Both the position numbers and the translations under genes were made by a program. Positions 13,587 to 26,144 of a DNA stretch of 64,000 nt are shown here, piece after piece. This DNA is from Bispira polyomma (taxonomy: Eukaryota). The DNA lies in assembly GCA_965649765.1 (NCBI GenBank), contig OZ287752.1, positions 12,958,001 to 13,022,000 of the forward strand, in the 5' to 3' direction. The notes beneath the pieces are model-generated. The model had not been told where the DNA came from, did not search any database, and saw nothing but the letters and a program-made list of their open reading frames with translations. How positions within the stretch are numbered: the stretch's first letter is position 1; each line of letters opens with the position of its first letter.

Positions 13587-13620
13587 TTAATGAAATTATG
13601 TACTGATAATTTCCACACAT
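13587..13620 (-). CDS. Copy A exon 1: signal peptide start
   Basis: ATG TGT GGA AAT TAT CAG TAC ATA ATT TCA TTA A|GTAAGT splices in frame to give MCGNYQYIISLILSLLSVILS-KINV. Confidence 0.65.
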
Positions 13621-14422
13621 TTTGCTATGAATCCATTACCAGTGTATAACTTTTAAGTCTATGTATATTACTTGTACAATAAATACTTCCAGTATATAAC
13701 CCATTACATTTAAGTCTATGTGTATTTCTTATACAACAAATACTTATTTGTGTTCATTATATACAGGAAGATTATTGTGAGTCGAGTGTCATGTGATCTT
13801 TCTATTCAAACAAGGGTTTCCAAATACGGTATCTGTGTATAAACAGGCTGGTATAAGTCCGATTTTATTATGCTACAGACTTCAAAGAAATACACGTTTC
13901 AATACTATAAAAAGCTGTTCATGAAAATTGTTAATATTGTGATTTTATACAGTTTTAATAGAAAATTTTGTGGTATTGTATACATGGCCCTTTGTAATCC
14001 TTTGCAGCAGACTTTGTGGGAGACAAGAAAATTAAACAGATATTTTAAAATCAAAAGTTTGTGAAGTCAGTCATACTAAACTAGAGCTAGAACATTTGGG
14101 GTTTTTTATCATCCATTAGTTTGTTTATACAAAAGTGAACAATTATGTCTGAGAAAATATATTAAGCGAAAAATAAAAATTGACATGTAATATATCCAAA
14201 CTTTGAGTTAAGCTATATAATTATATTTATAAATGGCTAATTAAGCTTATTTAGGGCAGGATAGACAAAACATATTTACATAATTTATAAATAATAACCT
14301 AAATAAGATGTTTTTGGGAAAAATAACACAAAAAAAAACCAGATCAGGTGATTTCTTGCTTTGCGAATACCGATTTTATTTAAGGGAACACTTGAAAGTC
14401 TGTTCTCAAATTTGATCTGATT

Positions 14423-15431
14423 TTGATCCTTGTTGATAAATACTGTTCCCCTGATCATTATTCGTAAATACTGTCCCCCTGATCCTTGTTCATAAATACT
14501 GTCCCACTGATACTTTTTCGTGAATACTGTCCCCCCTGATCCTTGTTCGTGAATAATTTCCCCCTGCCCCCTGTTCATGAATACTCTCACCCTGATCCTT
14601 GTTTGTGAATACTGTTCCCCTAATTTTTGTTTGTAAATGCTGTCCCTCTGATCCTTGCTTGGTAATACTGTCCCCCTGATCCTTGTTTGTGAATACTGTT
14701 CCCCTGATTCTTGTTTGTGAATACAGTTCCTCTGATCCTTGCTTGTGAATACAGTTCCCATGAATTTTGTTTGTGAATACTGTTCCCCTGATTCTTGTTT
14801 GTGAATACTGTTCCCTCGATTCTTGTTCGTGAATACTGTTCCCTCGATCTTTGTTTGTGAATACTGTTCCCCTGATTCTTGTTTGTGAATACTGTTCCCC
14901 TGATTCTTGTTTGTGAATACTGTTCCTCTGATCCTTGCTTGTGAATACAGTTCCCATGAATTTTGTTCGTGAATACTGTCCAATGATCCTTGTAGATGAA
15001 TACTGTTCCTCTGATCCATGTTCATGAATACTCTCCCACTGATCCTTGTTCATGAATACTGTCTGTCTGATCCTTGTTCGATCATGAATACTGTCCCATT
15101 GATCCTTGTTTGTGAATACTGTTTCACTAATCGTTGTTCATGAATACTGTCCCACTGAGCCTTATTTGTGAATACTGTTCCCATGAAGCTTGTTCGGGAA
15201 TACTGTCCCACTGATCCTTGTAAATGAATACAGTTCCATTGATCCTTGTTTGTGAATACTGTCACCCTGATCCTTTTTCATGAATATTGCCCCCCTGATC
15301 CTTGTAGATGAATACTGTCCCAATAATCCTTGTTCATGAATACTGTCCCCCTGATCCTTGTTTGATAGTGAATACTGTCCCCATGATGCTTGTTTGATTG
15401 TGAATACTGTCCCATTGATCCTGGTTCTGAA
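14423..15431. repeat. Minisatellite, ~28-bp unit (GAATACTGTCCCCTGATCCTTGTTTGT-like)
   Basis: Contiguous degenerate tandem units without unique spacers. Confidence 0.95.
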
Positions 15432-17192
15432 TGCTTTCTTACTTCACTTCAGTGGAACGATTCTGTTATTACCCTACCTGTGTATTATTGATACATATAC
15501 TTCTGTGTAGGAATTCATGTATTATAAGCCTATTCAGTATTTCGAGTGTGCATGTCCACATCAGGATAAATAACAACACATGTAAGTGATAACAACAGAG
15601 GATTTGGAAATCGCAAAAATGTTGACAATTTTTTTCACTTCATATTGTAGAAACAATTAAAATAATATAAAGCAATAATATAGGCAACCTTGGTATCTAA
15701 AAGAAGGTTTCGATGAGAGCTTCTCGATTATAAGTTCAGTTTTGCAATAATTATACGGTATAAAATTTAATTTAAGAAAATGTAAATATGTGATCTGTTT
15801 TAGTTAGCTTTCAATGGTTTGTTTATCCCGACCTGAAGCACACATACAGCTATTTATACATGCGCTCTCGAAATGCTGAATTGGCTTGTAGATATTTGAC
15901 GAAATACAGGCCAACAGGTCGATGGGTTGAAATGTAAAAAAATAAAAATTACTTATAGATATTTGATACAATAAAGTTCCTCTATATTATCATCATATAT
16001 AGGTTGTCATTGAAAAACAAATTTGTTAAAAATTAAACAATGAATAATTAAACATTAAAAAAAAACATTTGAAAAATGTTAATGACCTGTCTTCAAAAAT
16101 TAGGTCGGGTTTAGGTTGTATTTATGTCTGATTCAGGTAATGTTTTTCCAGCCAATCTATGTCACATAAAATTTATACTGCGGTACCGCTATTTTCTTTT
16201 GCCCCCTCTTCTTCTACTGTGACATGGCACATCACAGCAACGTCATAAAGATATGAATTTTGCAGCTACGTGAGAGCTTACATCAGCAAGTATGCAGTGT
16301 TTCTCACAATTCTGTATTCATTAACATAATATATTTATCACGAAACTGACATAAGCGGCTTTATTTTATTAGTAGCTTTTTATACTGGTCGGTCATTGCT
16401 CCATTAATCAACATGTAAATGCTGAAGACGTCTTCTTTTCATTAGTAGCTTTTTAAACTGTCCCGTCATTGCTCCATTAAACAATATTTAAATGCATAGT
16501 CAACAGAGACTGGCAACATTGGTAAATACTGCATTTTCAGATAAAATAAACATAAGCAATTTTAAAAACATAGCTAGTACATCAGATATATTAAATCTTA
16601 GTATATATTACAGGACAGGGTTTAAAATTTTTACTATCATGTTATTATTTTTCATTCTTGTTTAAACTATGAATATGTACAGGGCCACATACAGGGCCAA
16701 CTATAAAGGAAACAGTGTTGAAAGGTTCTTTAACAAGGGAATGTATGTATACAGAGGTGATTTCTGTTCTCTATTGATTAAAGGGGTCACTTTTGGAAGG
16801 AAAGATACCATGACTAATCCTGGCTGTAGTTTGAAGAAGGTACTACACGCAAATGGGCAATTTTTTTCAGAATATGACGTCAAAGACTGATACAATGAAG
16901 GTAAAGGTGTTTGATGTTCCAGGATAAAAATGTTTACTTTAAAGGTTTAAAAGTATTATTTAATATAAAGATTATACAACAATGTATGCAGATTATGAAT
17001 TACTGAAATTAAGATTATACAACAATTAGTAAATTACATGTATTACTTATTGTAATCTATGTGAAAAGTAGACTCAAGTCCAGTTACTAGTTGAGTGCAT
17101 GCAGTGTGTTATCACAGTTGTTATCATTGTTATGTATGTGTTGGTTAAGTTTTTTCTCTTCTGTACATCTGTAGGTTTCCAGCAGCAATTCG

Positions 17193-20100
17193 TCAGTTGA
17201 TGGTTTCATATGTCACTTGCTGCAATGACAATGTATTACATATTGAAAGTAATAAGAATAACAAGTTGAGTTAAAAACGATTTTAACAAATTTTAGCACA
17301 GTAGGTTATGCTATTTGGATGCAATTATTTGAGGAGTATCAATGATGTGATGGCCATACCTTCAAATCTGTATACTCAGCTGGTGGTGTATGTTCCTCTG
17401 GTTTTGTCATCTCATAGTTGCTGATTCCATGTGTCGGTGTTACATTTTCATATGTTGTATGGACTTTGATTCTTGAAAATATGTCAAAATTAAATAACAT
17501 GCCACAAGATGAAATGTAGGTCATATAAACTTACTAAAGAAAAGAACACACATTGCATATGGCACAAACTATGTTTTCAGTGATGCAAGTATGTCAAACA
17601 TCATGTTATGCTTTTAAAACTTACTGAAGACCCTTTGGTGGTGTCACCAGTTTGGTTCTCTCTCCTTCTGAACAAAACAATCAGTGTAATTAGGGCCATT
17701 GTAAGAAAACCAACCACGGTAGACAGAACAGCTATTCCTACAATTAGTCCGGTGTCTTTCTTTACATAAAGATCTGCTGAATGGGCTGAAAAAGAACCTT
17801 AAAATAAAGGCTTACAATTCTAAACAATAATCTTGTTAGGTGTCAAATTAATACAAATTATGTACTTTTGTAGTGTAGACATTTTCTTATCCCATGGGTC
17901 AGATATATTGTCTTTCACAGGTAAGCTTACTTTTGTCAATTATTGTAAATTGCTGGGCTATTACTTCATCAGTATCCTGATATATTATAAGGTAGTATTC
18001 CTCCCCATCATATACTACGTCTACTGCATACATTGTGACATTGGCATCAGTAATCTTGTAAATTGAAATGCAATCTTGTCGTTCATTGTAACACTTTAAT
18101 AAAGCAGCTCTTGTGTAGTTTCCATCTATCTGTTCCCAGTAAAGGACCACAATATCTTCATATATTTTTGCCTCCAATATCCCTCTCACTAATGGTAGAC
18201 CTTTGATCAAGTAAAATACAAAAATATGATTCTAAACTGAATCATGTAATGGTCATATATGCATTTAAATGTATTTATTTGCTTGTATTTAAAGTGTTTG
18301 TTTATAACACTTCTTGACTCCACAAGTACAGCAAATCAGTGACTGCCATTCTGCTTAAGACTGCTCAAGACAGAGGATTAGTAATTTATTATGCTGCAAT
18401 ATGACAGTCTTTCAAGTGATATATCTGAGCCACTTTTTTGTGCCTGTGCCTCAGAGCCCAAGGACCCTGATCAAACTTCTGTCATCCGTGTACCTAAGCA
18501 AGTGGGATATACACTTTGCCACAGTGGCAAATTTATACACGATACTATTTTATCTAACTTGACAACCCCATTTGCTTTGGACTAATTGGTGTCTATGGCA
18601 TATACATATATATTATATCTCTGGCTGATGATCACTTTCTCCATATTGGTTTTGAACTTGAACTCTAAAGAAGTACTCTGTATCAGGTAATAAATTTGAC
18701 ACTTTGTACATAGTTCTCTTGCTATGTTCACTGGTCTGAATCCCATCATAATACAATATTTTAGTGTCCCCTTGATGCCTGTACTATACTGTAAATGTTT
18801 GTGTTACTGGACTCCTGCCAGGGATCCATGACATAGTCACTGATATGGCAGTTATGGATTCAAATATAAAGGAATATGGTGGTTCAGGAACACCTGAAAC
18901 ACCAAAAGTAGGAAATATTTACCAATAGACATAAAAATATTACCAGTAGGTAATAAAGTAGTGAGAGATTAAGACATCTGAAAATCTGTGCTGTTCTGTT
19001 GTCATGGATAAATAATATACTGGTAATTACTGGCAGAGAGGGGAATATCTATGTTAGATGCCATACAAAATATGCCCAGCAAATAATATTTGTATCAAAT
19101 ATAAACTTCATCTGACAGTGATATATATTCTTGATATAAATACCACATACTTACTGTTTCTAAAGTAATTCAACTGCATATCAGTCGCTTGGAAAATGCA
19201 GTAGGACTAACAATTATGTTGCAATTCCAACCAGGTGGAAATGACAAACAAATGTCCAAGATGACAACTATGAATATTAACTATTACAAATAGTCCTTCA
19301 ACCAGGGGCTTAAACTGTGGACCAGTTGAACAAAGAAAGTTTCTTGGTAGCATCTTGGGTTTTTTTAATTCCCTGACTCTGTTTTTCTAGATGAAATCAC
19401 AATACCTTTCCAGGATGCAAACAGAATAGATATTTTATGAATTCTAAATTAATCCAATTTAAAATTGGAGCATTGTAAATAATACCTCTTTCTAGTAACT
19501 CAAGTGAAAAACTAACAGGCTGTTGAATACCATTAGTCACAGTAACTGTGTACTCTGTGTAGTCTTCTATTTGCACAGTATTTATCACAAGTTCAGAAAT
19601 AAATACTTCATCACTCATTTTTCTCGAATTTACACCATCAGTGATACTTGATCCACCCACTTTGCTCCAGATAAAAGCTGCTTCAAGGTCACTAAACTCA
19701 GGAAAAGCTCTCAGTGTGACAATAAGGGTGACTTGTTGATTTAGTCCTGCATAGAAAACCACAGTATCTCTGCTGAGAAAAATTGGTGGATCTGAAGGTA
19801 CAGTGATATAAATTTAGTACAGCAAATAAAAAACACATAGTTGGACATAGTAGACCAATCAATTCCAAGTAATTTCTACAGTGCATCTATACAGTTACTT
19901 ACAATGTATAACAACCTGTATTCCTGCTGTGTCACTCCCCACTGTATTCCCTGCTGTGCATCTATAAGTCGCTGCATCAGTGTACACTGCCTTCTCTATT
20001 ATCAGCTCTGTGTTCTCTCTCTGATCTGGTAGAGCCTGAGATGTGGCATCTTCTAATTTAGGTTCAAACTCCCATAATTGGCTTGTGATTTCCTCAGGGT

Positions 20101-23100
20101 TACCAACCTTAATGTTACAGCTAATAACAAGTTCTGACCCTTCTTCTATGGTGATTGACGCAGTTTGAGCTGCTATGTCTGGAGGATCTGATTAAAACAG
20201 AGAAAAGAACATTACAATAAACATTTAATGTAATACAAAATATGGTAATAAGACATGAAATGATCAGGGTATAATTTTTGTAAATATTTTTTCTGCCATT
20301 TAACGGCAGAAACATTTTCAGATTACATCTAATGACCGGCAATGCTTATAGTATAAGGCAAAGTTTTCCAATATAATGTGTCTTGTGTCATCCAAAACAA
20401 AAATCTAGATTGTACAACTAATAATTATTCATAATAAACAGTATTGCAGAAATGTTATATGTTTAACATCACCCTAAATTCAACAGTTTTACTTTTTCTT
20501 CAGTAACTGTTTCAAGATACATCCTGGCTAATATACTTTTGATATTAAAGTGGGTTCAAAATTTTCTATGGGATGTGGTAAAAATGTGGTGTTAATAACA
20601 TTACTATTTAGAACCTCAACATAATGTAAATGACAGGTAACATGTAGTTAGTGACTTTTTATTCCTAAAAGTAGAACATGAGAATAGGTTTGCATCTCTT
20701 TTAATTCCAAAATATGTAATTATTCTATCACTATATAATTATAATAGATGAAACTTACACAATACACTAATTCCCAGGCTTTCAGACTCCACATTAAATG
20801 TCCACCCTGAGTGCATATTATTGTCATCAACTCTGCAGTAAAACTGGTCTCCATCATCATCCTTGTCAACAATGAGCTCATACTCCAGTGTCTTGGCTAT
20901 CACCACTGCTAGACATACAGTTGTTCCAAGTCTGAACAACTTTAATCTACCGGCAGGATTACTGTCTACTTCATAAGTCAAGGTCAACAGAGTATTCTCA
21001 TTTACTGTTGAGGATGGAGAGGCTGTAGGTTGACTCACTGATGATGGTAAATCTAGAATTGAATAGTACTTAACTGAATAAGGCCCAATATTATCCTAAA
21101 AACCATTATGAACCTATTAATTGATATCAACATTTGGTATAGCAAACTTCAAGTGCAAAGGTATGATTGAAGCCTTTATGAGCATTCAATGTGTATTAGT
21201 TGTTCTGATTAGAGAAACATCAAGAGATAGTAATATAAACAAAATTTTATTGTAAATGAGAAACTCCAGCTACTCCGCAAACCAAGTCAAGGTCTGTTAT
21301 TTCGTCTATAGTGTGCACACTCTCATTAAAGTCACCCTTAAGTGACTTCAGTTGACAAAAACACCCGATACTCTAGTTTGTAAGGTAGCCGTGAGGGGGC
21401 TAGTGTGGTCTGTGTTATATATTAGAAAACAGTTGACCAAATTGATAAAACATTAACGGCAGAATCTGTTGGACATTTAGTATTTTTGAATTTATCCTTA
21501 TCTGCCATTCAAAACACTAGTTATTTTTCTGAACACTAAATGAACACTGATGCTAAAACAATTGTATGTAATAGAAACCAGAATAATACCACTATAAGAA
21601 AACTATTTGGAATAAGTTCATACCATATACAGTGTGATAAAAAGATACACCATCTCAGAAGAATGACTTGAGTCTGGGGGACTTTTAAAGATATAGTTAT
21701 GTATACCATCTGCCTGGCTTTTGGATGTGATAACATTCATCCAGCTAGGTATTGTAAACTGATATATAAGAAAAATGCCTGAGGCCCTGAGGCCTTAGAT
21801 CCTAATGAATTTGCCCACCCCAGAAATGTACCTACAGTCTCAAGCAATGTTGATATTTGAGATAAAATATTGGAGATTGATTAACTGTGTACTATGTGTC
21901 ATATTAAAACAAATACTATTCTCGGACAGAACTTAGAATTTTTAACAACCAATATAGATAGCCTTATACAAGCACATGACATCATATTACCAGGGTGTGA
22001 ATATTTACCTACATACACCATTTAAAATTGCAATGCCATTTATTAGTTAAGCATCACCTACTTTCTCGTTATTATTTTGTTGGTTCATATTTGTGAGAAA
22101 GCCTTGATTTAAAAGCTGCATGAAAACAGACATTAAATAGAATTTTGAGACATTTACACTGCCTTCTTGTTTGAAAACAATTTTGAAACATTTTATGTAA
22201 AGCACTACCTTGTGATTTGGTAGCTTTACATAGTCTACATGAATATCATATTTTCATCTTTTGTCATAGGTATTAGATTAATATTTAACAAACCACCAAG
22301 TGACATATTAGTTTATGATGACACACTAATAAAAATGTTGAAAGAATTAGCTCTCTCTTCACACGAGAAAGCTATGCAAAACAACTTTATGACAGATTTA
22401 CAGTACACATCCAGGGTTTTAGTGTTTGATGTTTTCACAACTTCTATTGGTCCCTCACCCCAGGTCAGTTCACATTGTACTCCTTGACCTTGTTGACCAC
22501 GGTTAAAGATCACTGTCTGTGTATAAGTCACTGTATAGGTCAGTCCATTACGCTCCTCACTCTCTGTCTCAAGACCTCCACTGTAGTACTCACTCCCTAC
22601 TTTTACTCTGAAGTCTGTCTCCTCTTTACCTGGATAGATGGAAGACACTCTACACTGGATAGATTTGGCTACACCCTCAATTACATTACCTATGGTGGTA
22701 ACGCTTACAGAATCAGGGGCAACTGGAAGTAAATATGTTAAACATTATACAATATGTTTATTAAACAGATGTAATGATAGATAACTGCATGTAAATAATA
22801 ACATGCTTTAGCAAATGATAAATTAAGTGTTTATATTTTGTTTAACTCTGACATAATTAATTATATCAAGAATTTATAAGCTATGATATTTAGTGGTAGT
22901 ATATTTTAGATGCGATATTATGTATAGGTTACTTTGATGAACATACCTTAATGTACTTGAAAATTATAATTTCCAATTATACTGTGTGCAAATATTACTC
23001 TGATAATACCACCTTGAAATTCAAATACTCAAAGTGTGTAAGAATTACAATTTCTAATTATATTGTGTGCAAATGTTACTCTGATAATATCACCTTCATA

Positions 23101-23703
23101 TGCAAATACTCTTATATAAGTCTTATACCTTAAAGCCCACTGAAATTTCATATATCTTATTGATGACAATTAAGCTACTTAAAATTTATTACAACATACC
23201 TAATGTTTTTATAGTACTATCTTTCAAACGATTAGTTAAGAGCAGTAATTTTTCAAGTTTTTCGACAATTTTTATTTGATTGAATGTCTTTCTTTAGACT
23301 TTATAAAGTTGTAAACAGGTCATGTTTTGTTGACTGTCTTCTGGACAAGTGTACATTTTTTTATTATATGCTCATGTGTGTTAAGAACTACAGATTTCAC
23401 ACATTTTTTTATATTAGGAATTGTGGCTATTATCAAGTTTGTAGATGATACCCACAATTATTAGGTACATATTTAATTAAAGTGAATGCTAGTGTGATAC
23501 ATTAGCATCTGTATAACTCTAAAAGATGAATAATTTTAAATATTTTGTTCATGTAATTTTTAATATGTCCCCGTTTGTATAATAAATGAAGTTGGATAAA
23601 TACAAGTTAAGCGAATAGATCCAAAAATATTTAATTAAATCTACAACTTTACTAAAAATATTTACTTACATATTGAAATTATGTACTAATAATTTCCACA
23701 CAT
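17193..23703 (-). pseudogene. IgSF receptor copy B (class-I leader, V exon deleted)
   Basis: Leader exon reads MCGNY* (TAG). The V exon is missing through a ~700-bp deletion near 23325 relative to copy A. The FN3 exon donor is deleted near 18615 and the first Cys of Ig3 is changed to Tyr. Other exons are recognisable. Confidence 0.85.
22955..23111. repeat. Imperfect tandem duplication (~80-bp period) in a copy B intron
   Basis: aattataatttccaattatactgtgtgcaaatattactctgataataccacctt...caaatactc occurs twice with few differences. Confidence 0.7.
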
Positions 23704-23755
23704 TTTGCTATGTATCCATTACCAGTGTATAACTTTTAAGTCTATGTATATTACT

Positions 23756-23966
23756 TGTGCACAACACGACTACTCTAGGGGTCTGTTAGTTCAGTCCAAC
23801 ATAAGATTTATCCAACCTTAAAAATTTTAGGTTACACATAACCTTTATTTTCCTGTTTATGTGATAACCTCCAATCAAATTCAAGTTTAGTCACCCATGA
23901 CCGCTCCCCTCCATTTTATTAGCATTATTAACTCGAGATTTGAACGAGCAACACAGACATTTTGAA
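23756..23966 (+). repeat. Left terminal direct repeat of element 2
   Basis: 211 bp, 3 mismatches to 29191-29401 (manual count). Confidence 0.95.
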
Positions 23967-24068
23967 AACTGGAATGTATATAGTATTTTTTATTTATTTT
24001 ATTTTAGTTTGTTTTTAGTTTTATACATCCAGTCATTATTTATGTATAGTGTGATCCATAAGAAGAAA

Positions 24069-25410
24069 ATGGGCAAAACAACGGAGAAAACGCCAGTTAA
24101 AAGGGCAGACAAAGCTAGGACAAAGAAGAGTACGGTAATTTTCACAGACCTCAGCAAAGGTCAGCAGGTATCAGACTTTATAGTTTCCGAGGTTCAAGCT
24201 CAGTTAACTGCCTTAGCGGCTAGACCTCTCGAACCGTCTCCAGAATTCTTATCCACAACTACTACCAACTCCAGGGCCGCTTATGGTCAGGTCACACCTC
24301 CACGTGCACCTAATAACATCACCACCGAGTCTTTACTGCCACATACTCTGGGCTACTCGACTGCAGACAGAGACCTTGCTTTTCATGGCGAGTCAACAGC
24401 CCATGTCGAGCGTTACTGCTAGTACAGACAGCTCATCAGAGATGCTGGCTATACTTAGACGACTGGAAACTTCGAACGCAGAACTCAGTCAGCAAATCAG
24501 TAAGGTTCAAACGACTCAGATCCAACAAGCGTTACTTACTAGGCCGGCTGCAGATATCACAGGAGCACACCACTCCACGTCAGCAGCTTCAGCGTCAATA
24601 GCTCCACCTCCGTTATGTCACATATGGGCGATGAATCCAGGTCCAACTGCATTACCCTCAGGTCATCAGGACTTTGCTAAGGACGACATGGTTCAACAAC
24701 TGGACACTCTTTGGGCGATACCAGCCATACAGGCGGCCATAGCCAGGCGGTTAGCGGGGTATGAGACCAATATCCAGAGAGACATTCTTCAAGGTAAGGC
24801 TCCAGTAAAACAGAAATCTGGGCGTTATAACAGTTCTGACATTTACACAACAAACCCCAAATTTCGATGGCCGAATGAGGGGTGGGTAGGCGCTAACGCG
24901 AAACGGAAACCGACTTTTGACGACTTGTCTTTGGTGCAATGGGCGGCTGGGCAGCTCAACAATGCTCTTCTAGTAGCAGACCCTGTCTTGATGAAAGGTA
25001 TGATCCAGCAAGTAGTTCACACACTCAGGGACGCGGCAGCTCTCCCCTGGCCAGTGGTTCGCACGGCCTGGGGCCACAGTATGCAGGAAATAGAAGAAGG
25101 GCGACTTACATGGGACAACCAAACGCAGTGGGCTTTAAATAGATTAAGTGCATCTCAAATGGCACTAGTAAGCAATACTGGTAACAATGGTAGCAATGAT
25201 CTGAGTAAGGGGAAACAAAATGAATTTAAGACGATCTGTAAGTTGTACAACAATGGGAAATGTTCTCACAAAACCGACCATGCTAACTACAGGCATATTT
25301 GTTGGCATTGTTCGAAAACATTTGGCAAGGATGCAGTGCACCCTGAGTTCAAATGCTTTAAATTTCAGGCCAATCTGAACAAGAACCCAGAACAGTCAAA
25401 TAATCATTAG
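24069..25410 (+). pseudogene. gag: Element 2 gag-like ORF (one frameshift near 24390)
   Basis: ATG at 24069 (MGKTTEK...) joins ORF 24283-25410. C-terminal Cys/His cluster CKLYNNGKC..H..YRHICWHC....H....C as in DIRS/Ngaro gag. Confidence 0.8.
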
Positions 25411-26144
25411 GGACAATAGCGTCAGCCAATCAGCGAATCGGAAGTGTATAGTATTAAGCAGGAAAGTTGTATAACTTGTGTCACCAGTAAGGAAGGTAAA
25501 GAAGTCAGTAGTAAAATAAATAATCATGATTTTAATGCCAAGACTAATTCTAACATTGCCAATAATGTTCGCATGCAGGTAGTGAAGAACACACCAAGGG
25601 AGCATTATGATACTGTGAATGATTTAAAAAATAGTAGAAAGGTTCTTGACGCTTTAACAAGTAATTGTTTACAGGAAAATTTTGAGGATACTAATCCTAC
25701 TTTATCAGTCAAGTCCTATGGTAAAGATACTGGTTGTACTACCGGTGAAACTATTCAAGTGCATATATCTGTTACAAATTTATCTGAAATTTCTAGTTAT
25801 GGGGGAGTCATGGCCCCAGTGGTTTATATTCAGAGTGAAAATAAGAACTTTAGCAAGGGCTTCTATTGCCTTTGCCACTGTGCTACATACAATTGTATGG
25901 TATATTCTCCAATATTAGTTGTTAATTCAACAGGTGAACTGCAGATTATAGATCTGCTAATTATTCTTATGATATCAGGAAACAAGCAAAAAATTGTTAC
26001 TATTACCATAAAAAAGATCTGCAGTCCTCTGTTCAACATAATTATAACTATACTTCTTATATAGAAAATGTAATTGATGTCTTAATTAAGCAATCACAGG
26101 CAGCAGATGTCTGTCATGTCAGAGATAGTCAAAATGTAAATAAA

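Larger units (their letters stand above)
6331..13620 (-). pseudogene. IgSF receptor copy A (class-I leader/V); exons 13587-13620, 12678-13079, ~11774-11998, 10007-10295, 9159-9443, 8742-9047, 7856-8149, 7052-7321, 6761-6905, 6502-6612, 6331-6357
   Basis: All 11 exons recognisable by similarity to copy C. Exon 3 has an internal deletion with frameshift, exon 4 a 5-bp deletion giving TGA, and the TM exon a net 16-bp deletion giving TAA. Exons 1-2 are intact. Confidence 0.85.

Noticed and set aside
14285-15265. Long repetitive ORFs (246, 187, 71 aa; also 30676-31387)
   Set aside because: By-products of a stop-poor 28-bp minisatellite; open in several frames and not conserved between the two arrays.
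16669-16890. 73-79 aa ORF duplicated at 33016-33255
   Set aside because: No recognisable motif, frameshifted between the two copies, and lies in duplicated flank.
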